DNA from: Candidatus Woesearchaeota archaeon
GTDB taxonomy: Archaea; Nanobdellota; Nanobdellia; Woesearchaeales; JAGVYF01
Direction: 5' to 3'
NCBI GenBank assembly: GCA_023264635.1
Contig: JAHFLT010000005.1
Coordinates: 4,582 to 68,581, forward strand
Length of the DNA: 64,000 nucleotides
The translations under genes and the position numbers were made by a program. Of the stretch, positions 56,920 to 64,000 are shown piece by piece. Within the stretch, counting starts at the first letter, position 1, and each line of letters starts with the position of its first letter. The notes beneath the pieces were generated by a model. That model was not told where the DNA came from. It searched no databases and worked only from the letters and a program-made list of their open reading frames with translations.

Positions 56920-58018
56920 TTTTCAGCTCTTTGGTGATGGTAACAAGCAGTTTTTTTTGCAGCATTTCTTTCTTTTTTACAAACTCTTCCCACCCCGTTT
57001 TCTCAGCAGCGACTTTCAGTAAACGCCATGCTGCAACATATCTCTTTGTTCTCAACAACAACGCATAAAGGTTGTTGTATGCCTGTACAAAACGTGGCTC
57101 GAGAGATAATGCCTTTTCAAAATGCTTTGCCGCATCCGGATATTTACCAAGTTGGGAATAGACAACACCAAGGTTAACCCACGCATTTACATCGTTATGG
57201 AGTGATATACTTTTCTCGTACGATTTTTTGGCGTCCTGAAGCTTCTCTTGCGCCATATAAACGTCTCCAATGCATGTATGGACATTTGCATACCCTTCAT
57301 CAAGCGCAGCTGCTTTTTGGAAAAATGCAAGTGCAACATCTAGCTTTTTCTGCTGTATGTAAAGAACGCCAGCTTCATAACAAGGCTTTGGGTTATTTGG
57401 AGTGGCTGCCACTTGCGCAAGCACAAGCTTAAGGTACTTCTCATGTTTCTGCTGCTGTTCCTTTACAGCGCCGTAATGGTGAATGGGAATATCTGTCTTT
57501 ACGATTTTTCCACCTTGCTCAAGAATGCTGTCTTCTACCAATTCGTGCACAGCGTATCTGAATCTGATGTGCGGCTTGTTCTGAAACAAACGGCATATGC
57601 GTGTTGGAAAGTACCCCGGGAAACCTTGTGTATATGGACCAGAAGCTGCAACCCATCCGTGCGTGGTTGGGATTTTAGTATAATTATATTGCATTAAGCT
57701 TACACCTTGAAAACTCGCGTTTTTGATGAGTTCGCGCACCTTGAGCAGATCTTCTGGAGCAATGCGTTCATCAGCATCCAGTACAAGTATCCAGTCTCCA
57801 GTCACTTGCTGTAGTGAGAAATTCCTTGCAGCTGAGAAATCATCTTTCCACGGAAAAGTAACTATTTTGGCATTATGTTTTTTGGCTATGTTTATGGAGT
57901 TGTCTTTGCTGCCAGTATCAACCACAATGATTTCATCCACGTATTCTTTGGCAGAACTCAAACACTCATCGAGCAAATCAGCTTCATCTCGGACAATCAT
58001 GCACAAACTGAGCTTCAT
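56864..58018 (-). CDS. Family-2 glycosyltransferase with C-terminal TPR repeats (paralog of 62074..63357)
   Basis: LSLCMIVRDEADLL...VVDTGSKDNS...LVLDADE are GT2 DxD motifs. C-terminal TPR-like repeats. Confidence 0.7.
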   Translation of the reverse strand: MKLSLCMIVRDEADLLDECLSSAKEYVDEIIVVDTGSKDNSINIAKKHNAKIVTFPWKDDFSAARNFSLQQVTGDWILVLDADERIAPEDLLKVRELIKNASFQGVSLMQYNYTKIPTTHGWVAASGPYTQGFPGYFPTRICRLFQNKPHIRFRYAVHELVEDSILEQGGKIVKTDIPIHHYGAVKEQQQKHEKYLKLVLAQVAATPNNPKPCYEAGVLYIQQKKLDVALAFFQKAAALDEGYANVHTCIGDVYMAQEKLQDAKKSYEKSISLHNDVNAWVNLGVVYSQLGKYPDAAKHFEKALSLEPRFVQAYNNLYALLLRTKRYVAAWRLLKVAAEKTGWEEFVKKKEMLQKKLLVTITKELKTKPLDGGLLSARQELLGE

Positions 58019-58019
58019 T

Positions 58020-58181
58020 TTAGAATGTCTGCCAAGTATAACTTCTTAGCCGTGCAGATTTACCATAGTTACAGGATGAACAGACTTTCTTGCGGATATG
58101 GTAACTATGTCCGCCGCATCGTCTGCAGATGATATGGCTTTTTCCCCTGCTCTTTAAACCGTGAGATGGTGTTCCTTTCAT
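58020..58181 (-). CDS. rpl37e: 50S ribosomal protein L37e (not in the ORF track)
   Basis: Hand translation: [54 protein letters not shown]4 zinc ribbon and the L37e consensus. Immediately downstream of LSm, as in many archaea. Confidence 0.8.
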   Translation of the reverse strand: MKGTPSHGLKSRGKSHIICRRCGGHSYHIRKKVCSSCNYGKSARLRSYTWQTF

Positions 58182-58182
58182 T

Positions 58183-58404
58183 TTATATCGTCGAAATGAT
58201 AGTTATTGTATCGCCGCGCAAAAAGACAACTCCCAGTTTGCGCAGCAGCTCGTTATTCTGCCGCTCTTCTGCATCTTCAAGTACGACATTTATGTGTATG
58301 TCGAATGACCGCAATATCCCTGTGTATTGTCTGCCATTCTTCAATTCAACAATGACGCGTTTGTCACGTGATCTGCTTAATGCATCTAGTGGTCTTGATT
58401 CCAT
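58183..58404 (-). CDS. Sm-like archaeal protein (LSm/SmAP)
   Basis: Sm1 [15 protein letters not shown] and Sm2 VVFLRGDTI motifs. Confidence 0.85.
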   Translation of the reverse strand: MESRPLDALSRSRDKRVIVELKNGRQYTGILRSFDIHINVVLEDAEERQNNELLRKLGVVFLRGDTITIISTI

Positions 58405-58445
58405 GTGAAACCCCCTTTGTAGGCGGTTGGGGTGGTATATGATTT

Positions 58446-58877
58446 TTAAATGTTTGTTTTTCTGTATGCAACGAGAAAAGTTGCTGGTGAGACGATGGGG
58501 ATACTCTTGTATTGTTTGATATCCAGTAAGTCATTATCAAAAGAAACGAGATAATCACTCAGTGATTCATATGCGCATGCAACGATATGATCATCTGTCG
58601 AGTCACGTGCCACAACAGGTACTACCTGTGTTGGCACAATAAGAGAGCTTTTTGTTTTGATGTCTTGAACGATATCATCCAACGTTCTTCCTTGTTTTTC
58701 TAATTTGAGACGGAATGGTTGTCTTGTCATGACACGCTTACATTCATCGATAATGTAAGGTGATATTGCCCACTCAACTGAATCAGGAATGAGATATAAT
58801 AGTATCTCAGAAGAATCTCCCTTCCAGAAGTACCCTGCTAAAATGACATTGGTATCCAGCGTGATTTTATACATCAT
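58446..58877 (-). CDS. PIN-domain nuclease
   Basis: ITLDTNVIL (Asp 1) and a later acidic LVSFDNDLLD. No adjacent antitoxin-like ORF seen. Confidence 0.6.
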   Translation of the reverse strand: MMYKITLDTNVILAGYFWKGDSSEILLYLIPDSVEWAISPYIIDECKRVMTRQPFRLKLEKQGRTLDDIVQDIKTKSSLIVPTQVVPVVARDSTDDHIVACAYESLSDYLVSFDNDLLDIKQYKSIPIVSPATFLVAYRKTNI

Positions 58878-58943
58878 TGAATAGAAAATAGTACACTATA
58901 AAAAGCATATAGTTTTATAAATGAGAGATAACCACCGAAGGGT

Positions 58944-59318
58944 ATGCTTTCACAACATCGAGGTAAACGTAAACCAAGCGGTGGCAGGTATAGAAGCCAT
59001 CTCTCAAAGAAGCTGCACAACCTAGGGAGGTTGCCGACACTCACGAAGATTGGAGTACACAAACTGAGGATACTCCGTGTCCGAGGATGTAATCAAAAAG
59101 TGCGGGTCCTTGTGGCAGAATACGCAAATGTTCTCAATCAAAAAGATAAGACATATAGGAAATCAAAAATAAAGACAGTCACAGAGAATACAGCAAACCG
59201 CCATTATGTCAGGAGAAACATAATCACGATGGGTTCTGTGGTAGAGACAGAGTTAGGAAAAGCCCGCATTACAAGCCGTCCGGGACAAGATGGGACTGTG
59301 AATGCTGTACTTCTTTGA
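58944..59318 (+). CDS. rps8e: 30S ribosomal protein S8e
   Basis: GKRKPSGGRYRSHLSKKLHNLGR...RVRGCNQKVR matches the S8e consensus. Confidence 0.85.
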   Translation: MLSQHRGKRKPSGGRYRSHLSKKLHNLGRLPTLTKIGVHKLRILRVRGCNQKVRVLVAEYANVLNQKDKTYRKSKIKTVTENTANRHYVRRNIITMGSVVETELGKARITSRPGQDGTVNAVLL

Positions 59319-59388
59319 ATATGACTAGTTGTATTTTTTGCGAGATTGTAAACGGTGAAGCACCCTGTTATAAATACTAAATACGTAA

Positions 59389-59985
59389 TCAATACCCATT
59401 CTCTCTAAATCCATTAAGAATTCTCTGTTCCAATATTTCTTCGGTAGAAGATGGTGGAATCAGAATATATTTGTTAGTATGCATTGCATCATAGGCACGC
59501 TTGTCCTGCTGGTAAATGGGCATAACATTGCCATACGGCACATATTCTACTGGCACCCAGCCATCTAGGTCAACCACGAAGTCGACGGTTCTCACTCTGC
59601 CTGGACCGAGCTTCAGTCGTACATTCTCAATGTATCTCACTTTCACGCGGGAGAAAAAATCTTCCACAACAGCTCTGCCTGCATTTTCTGAAAGAAACTG
59701 TGACTCAACAGTCTGCCAAGGAGAGTATGTGCGTCGTGTGTAAGGTTCACGATACCACACTGAGAAATTCCTATCGCTGAAAAAAAATGAATTGCCCTGA
59801 CCCCCATACCCATATCTATCCCGATGCGTCCCCCAATTAAAGTCTGGAAAAAACTCAAAGAAACGATGGTGTTGATCAGAGATGTGTTCTCCGACTCTTA
59901 TCCGAGTTCTGTCATGTGCTTGGGCAGAACAGAATGTGCTTACTGCGAGAATGGCACTTGCTAATGTACGTATGACCCTATTCAT
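59389..59985 (-). CDS. Hypothetical secreted protein
   Basis: Signal peptide MNRVIRTLASAILAVSTFCSAQA. Confidence 0.35.
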   Translation of the reverse strand: MNRVIRTLASAILAVSTFCSAQAHDRTRIRVGEHISDQHHRFFEFFPDFNWGTHRDRYGYGGQGNSFFFSDRNFSVWYREPYTRRTYSPWQTVESQFLSENAGRAVVEDFFSRVKVRYIENVRLKLGPGRVRTVDFVVDLDGWVPVEYVPYGNVMPIYQQDKRAYDAMHTNKYILIPPSSTEEILEQRILNGFRENGY

Positions 59986-60443
59986 AGAGATTCTATTCCC
60001 TGATAGGTTATTACTCTTTTAATAGGCGTTGTATAATAGTATTGTCTTTTCCTCGTACCTTGGTTACTTACCAGCACATAACCAGGTTGAGCGTTCTGGA
60101 ATAATTCATAATCAATGAACTCATCTAGGGCGTTTAACGGAATGTCACTAGATAATTCTCTAAATAATGCAGAAGGAGTAAATCTCATTGCAAGATTCTC
60201 TAAATTAACTTTTGGAAATCGTTTTAGAAAAGATTGTATATAGGTCTCATAAGTGAGTACTCCTGATTCAATAAGAGAAAAGAATTTTTTTGTTTTGATA
60301 ACTCCCACATAAGGCCCAACCTCACACAATCCAAATGGAACAATTTTTAGGAGTATCTCTTCAGAATTCAACGTATACCGAGAACCACTTTCAGTTTGAA
60401 ATACGGGAAAAGATTTAGTAAGATATGATTTTGTAATGCTCAT
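59982..60443 (-). CDS. Hypothetical protein
   Basis: ORF only. Coupled to the upstream gene. Confidence 0.3.
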   Translation of the reverse strand: MSITKSYLTKSFPVFQTESGSRYTLNSEEILLKIVPFGLCEVGPYVGVIKTKKFFSLIESGVLTYETYIQSFLKRFPKVNLENLAMRFTPSALFRELSSDIPLNALDEFIDYELFQNAQPGYVLVSNQGTRKRQYYYTTPIKRVITYQGIESL

Positions 60444-60505
60444 TTTACAACAAAAACACCATCACCTCTTAAATCTATGGGAAATACTACTCCAAAGTAG
60501 TATCT

Positions 60506-61231
60506 TCAGATGATTTTCTTCCTTGTGAGGACCCAATTCACCACAAACTGCTCTGTATCGGGATTAGCGATAAAAATGTCTGTTCCATGTCCGAGCTTGT
60601 CGTAAAGTTTTATTTCCTTGTCTTTGCTCACAGACGCGTCATACAGTTTCTGCACAGTAGACGATGAGTAGGTATCTTCTTTTGATGCCACAAGTAACAA
60701 CCCACCCATGTACTGATGAATAACATCATCAGTCTTTACCCCGCGATAATCCAATCCCGGAGAAAGAAGCACTATATACTTTATAGAAGCGTCCTCTACG
60801 CCCAATCGTAATGCAAGATTCGCACCAATGGACGCACCGACGATGCCTATATTGTTGGCATCAACCTTCTGTTGGAGGAGATACTGTTTTGCAGCTTTGA
60901 CATCAAGAATCATTCTCACAAAATCTATATCAGTGAATTCCCGCCATATTCCACTGCTCTCTCCATGACCACGCAAATCAATTGCAATGACCGAAAGTCC
61001 TGCCTTGTTCAGTTTACGTGCAAGAGAATCATACGTATGCCTGTCTTTGTTCAGCATATGAAGGAAGATAATACCACCAGTTCTGGATATGCCGGAATAA
61101 TACGATCCTGCAATGGTTTTTCCATCACTTGTAGTCAATACAACTTTTGTAGGTGATGTAATTGTTGTTGCATTGGGAGAAGATGAAACTGCACACCCTG
61201 CTAATAACAATAATAACAAAAAATAGATCAT
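60506..61231 (-). CDS. Alpha/beta-hydrolase-fold putative lipoprotein
   Basis: LLLLAGCAVSS lipobox. GASIGAN nucleophile elbow (GxSxG). Confidence 0.55.
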   Translation of the reverse strand: MIYFLLLLLLAGCAVSSSPNATTITSPTKVVLTTSDGKTIAGSYYSGISRTGGIIFLHMLNKDRHTYDSLARKLNKAGLSVIAIDLRGHGESSGIWREFTDIDFVRMILDVKAAKQYLLQQKVDANNIGIVGASIGANLALRLGVEDASIKYIVLLSPGLDYRGVKTDDVIHQYMGGLLLVASKEDTYSSSTVQKLYDASVSKDKEIKLYDKLGHGTDIFIANPDTEQFVVNWVLTRKKII

Positions 61232-61869
61232 ACAAACTCTACCTTTGCGAAGCTCTCGCGATAGATAAGGACAACTGTTAAGAGAATGGTGGCGATAATG
61301 AATAGATGCGTATCAAATAGCCACAACACAGCAACCACTGCATAATACAAGCATCGCATTGCATACGAGAATTGATTCATCGTGCGATTTAGCATACTGC
61401 TAAGGTAAGCCAGTCCCTCCTCTCCCTCGACTTTCTTGATGATACTCAGATCAGTCCCAGCAAGGAATGTAAATCTCGACAGCAGACGGATATGCATGAA
61501 AAGGAAATAGATTGTAAGGAAAAGCATGATATTGATAAGAGAGAGTTTATTTGTCGTAAAGTACTCGAAAAAAGTTCTCTCCCCATCGGGAACAACTTTG
61601 TTAATAATGAATCCCACCATAATAATAAGGGCAGAGGCAAGTGACGACGCAGCAACGAGAGAGTTGCGTACTGTATTAAGAACATTATCATAGCGATTCT
61701 CTTTCAGCTGCCGTCGTAGCCATTCTGCCCTGTATTGACTTATTTTTGTGCGGTATGTCTGTAATTCTTCTCTTCGCAAGGTATAATACGAGAATGCCAA
61801 ATAGACCAAGAGACTAACAATATACACCAGCAGCGCAATGATATCTACATCCCTCATAGTGATTCTCAC
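61228..61869 (-). CDS. Hypothetical membrane protein
   Basis: 4-5 TM helices. ORF only. Confidence 0.35.
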   Translation of the reverse strand: MRITMRDVDIIALLVYIVSLLVYLAFSYYTLRREELQTYRTKISQYRAEWLRRQLKENRYDNVLNTVRNSLVAASSLASALIIMVGFIINKVVPDGERTFFEYFTTNKLSLINIMLFLTIYFLFMHIRLLSRFTFLAGTDLSIIKKVEGEEGLAYLSSMLNRTMNQFSYAMRCLYYAVVAVLWLFDTHLFIIATILLTVVLIYRESFAKVEFV

Positions 61870-61952
61870 GGGAGGGGATTATTTAAAGACTATCACAAAG
61901 ATTTAAAAGAATCGCGTGTTCATGTATAATAGAATAGAGATTATTAATCCAC

Positions 61953-62123
61953 ATGGCTGATCCATTACCCAAAGAGCTGTACGATGTTATTGCATGCCCT
62001 GTTTGTAAAGGAGACATAATATACACAAAGGATAAAATAAGACTCTTCTGCAAAGCATGTAAAGTTAATTATCCTATCCGAGATGGGATACCTGTGCTGC
62101 TGCCTTCTCACTGAGAACATCAA
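61953..62123 (+). CDS. Trm112/UPF0434-like small zinc-finger protein (56 aa, not in the ORF track)
   Basis: Hand translation: MADPLPKELYDVIACPVCKGDIIYTKDKIRLFCKACKVNYPIRDGIPVLLPSH. Motifs CPxCKG...CxxC...YPIRDGIP. Overlaps the convergent GT2 3' end by about 50 nt. Confidence 0.6.
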
Positions 62124-63357
62124 ATACTCTGGCCTCTGCTCCTGTAAAGTGCTTTTTTGCTTCACTGCAGAGTGCAATTACTTTCTTCATCTCATTTCTG
62201 TAGAAAGCAATGGTTGTCAACATGGTTAGGGCCTTTTTTTCAGGGCCAACTGCAAGTATCTTTTTAGCTTCTGCTATCAGTTGTTGTTCAACACGCTCTT
62301 TTTCTTTTATAAAATGTATGTGTTTTGTATTAGCACAAGCATCATATAGCAGAGCAAGCGCCTGCAGCGGCTCATTTTGTGTAAAATGCAACTGGATGAG
62401 CGCATCGAAATAAGTTATGCTTCGTGGGTTTTTCTCCAACGCTTTGTTCCATAGTGTCCTTGCCTCTCCCACGTCATTCATCTTGAACTCTACGTACCCT
62501 AACCGAAAATATGTTTCCTCTGATTCTGCTAAAGTAAGACTTTTGGTGAAGTAGTGGCGTGCTTCAGCCAGATTACCCTGCCGAAAAGAGATTTCTCCAA
62601 GATAGTGATATGGCATCAAGTAATGCTCATCGTTTTTTATGGCTCGTTCAAAAGCCTCTTTCGCTTTATCAAATTTTCCGACATCCATGTACCCAACTCC
62701 CAATTCATAGAACGGTTTTGGATGCTGTGGATACTGTTCACAATCTTTTTTGACGAGCGTGAAATACGTATCCTGCTTGAAGGCTGCACTTGGTGTTCCA
62801 CGCAATGCCCCATAGTGGTGTATAACAAATGGTGCTATGCCTAACCCTCCTTTATTCTCTTCAATTGAGAATTCTACTCCTTCATGTACCGAGAACCTGT
62901 ATTTTATCTCTGGCTTGTTGCGGAAGAGACGCACAATGCGTGTCAAGACAAAACCAGGAAATCCTTTCGCCAGCTTTTGGTTTGTGATTGTCGACCATCC
63001 TGGCACACTAGATTCTTGAGAGTAATTGAAAATAGGAACGCGATAACCCCAAATTGAAGAGCTCTTAATGCATTCACGTATCGCACCATGGCTTGCTGGA
63101 TCAAGTGTCTCATCAGCATCCAGTACAAGAATCCATTCCCCTTTTGCATGGTTCAATGCTTCGTTACGTGCTGCCGAGAAGTCATTATTCCACGGAAAAT
63201 TGATAACAGTAGCACCACGTTGTTTTGCAATGCCAATTGTTTTATCGGTACTGCCTGTGTCAACAACTACGATGTCTTCAACGAGACCTTTGACAGATGC
63301 AAGACAGTCACCAATAAATTTTTCTTCATCTTTTGCTATTACACATAAACTCAGCAT
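62074..63357 (-). CDS. Family-2 glycosyltransferase with C-terminal TPR repeats (paralog of 56864..58018)
   Basis: LSLCVIAKDEEKF...VVDTGSTDKT...LVLDADE. Likely start is M63357. The ORF track extends to 63417. Confidence 0.7.
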   Translation of the reverse strand: MLSLCVIAKDEEKFIGDCLASVKGLVEDIVVVDTGSTDKTIGIAKQRGATVINFPWNNDFSAARNEALNHAKGEWILVLDADETLDPASHGAIRECIKSSSIWGYRVPIFNYSQESSVPGWSTITNQKLAKGFPGFVLTRIVRLFRNKPEIKYRFSVHEGVEFSIEENKGGLGIAPFVIHHYGALRGTPSAAFKQDTYFTLVKKDCEQYPQHPKPFYELGVGYMDVGKFDKAKEAFERAIKNDEHYLMPYHYLGEISFRQGNLAEARHYFTKSLTLAESEETYFRLGYVEFKMNDVGEARTLWNKALEKNPRSITYFDALIQLHFTQNEPLQALALLYDACANTKHIHFIKEKERVEQQLIAEAKKILAVGPEKKALTMLTTIAFYRNEMKKVIALCSEAKKHFTGAEARVFDVLSEKAAAQVSHLG

Positions 63358-63430
63358 AGTCCACTGGAATCTGCTCTTATTTAAAAACCTAAAGGAAAGT
63401 TTTAATATGAGGGGCACTCACCCGTAGATT

Positions 63431-63616
63431 ATGCAGAAAAAGGATGTCGCTGCCGGAGTGGGTATTATTGTTGTCGCAATCTTTCTCCTTATTTCGCAGA
63501 CGCAAGATATGGAGACATTAGGGATACAGATAACTATAGGCATCACTGGGCTCATTGCAGGACTCTACTTCATCATTCACGGACTCTTTGTAGATCATTT
63601 GCCACGTAACTGGTAA
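63431..63616 (+). CDS. Small hypothetical membrane protein
   Basis: ORF only, 2 TM helices. Confidence 0.25.
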   Translation: MQKKDVAAGVGIIVVAIFLLISQTQDMETLGIQITIGITGLIAGLYFIIHGLFVDHLPRNW

Positions 63617-64000
63617 ATAAGCCTTTGCTCGCGTGAACTGAGCGTTATAATTGGACTGCTTGAGCTGTCCTCGATGATAAAATTTGCCGCGGTATGCACT
63701 TTTGTCGAGCTGTCGTAGGAGCGTACAGAATAAACATATTCTTTTTCGTCACGTACTGCATAAGTTTTCAGTAGATTAACTCCGGGGTTGTACACGATAT
63801 CAGAGTCACCAAGAGCGCGACCTCTGATCACAAAGGGAAATATCCCAGCGATATCAGATATAAGTCCGGCATCGAAGAATCCTTTAGGGAGTAATGTTGT
63901 CCATACGGAAGATGTCGTTGTTATGTCAACACCCTGTAGCGCCTCAAACCGCCGTTTATCAAAAGTAAGCTCTAACAAAGCAGGTTGTGTTTCTTTCTTG
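63595..64000 (-). CDS. Hypothetical protein; the frame stays open to the window end
   Basis: ORF only. The frame remains open upstream of the listed TTG start. Confidence 0.3.
   Translation of the reverse strand, partial: KKETQPALLELTFDKRRFEALQGVDITTTSSVWTTLLPKGFFDAGLISDIAGIFPFVIRGRALGDSDIVYNPGVNLLKTYAVRDEKEYVYSVRSYDSSTKVHTAANFIIEDSSSSPIITLSSREQRLIYQLRGK

Noticed and set aside
61965-62177. Minus-strand 70-aa ORF
   Set aside because: The opposite strand encodes a convincing Trm112-like zinc-finger protein (CPVCKG...CxxC...YPIRDGIP). The minus ORF has no motifs.
1-64000. CRISPR arrays and cas genes
   Set aside because: No regularly spaced direct repeats were seen. The only tandem repeats are the 60-nt duplication inside 49354..49818 and the dispersed intergenic element copies.

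Overview
The window is a compact, AT-rich, gene-dense archaeal chromosomal segment. It carries archaeal-type SRP54, membrane-anchored LonB, type-2 methionine aminopeptidase, LSm-L37e, ribosomal proteins S8e and S3Ae, ScpA, PolX, RNase HII and a stand-alone 5S rRNA. The small-genome, secreted-protein-rich character suggests a DPANN-like episymbiont. All calls are by eye from motifs; no searches were run.

Main items:
- A tRNA-Gly(GCC) split by a ~157-nt non-canonical T-loop intron.
- A bacterial-type AcpS / acyl-ACP-synthetase-carrier-PlsC fusion / LipB cluster.
- A MoxR-like AAA+ ATPase followed by three overlapping paralogous small beta-helix (GXGXG-like) proteins. This is the best candidate for an undescribed system.
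- A three-member family of unknown ~220-aa proteins showing recent gene conversion. One copy is divergent to the MoxR operon; the other two sit in tandem beside signal peptidase I.
- A repeated ~90-nt intergenic element in two copies, one expanded, lying in long structured non-coding gaps.
- A surface-glycan biosynthesis island and a set of secreted peptidases.
- Three unlisted small genes found by hand translation: L37e, a Trm112-like protein and a Zn-ribbon protein.
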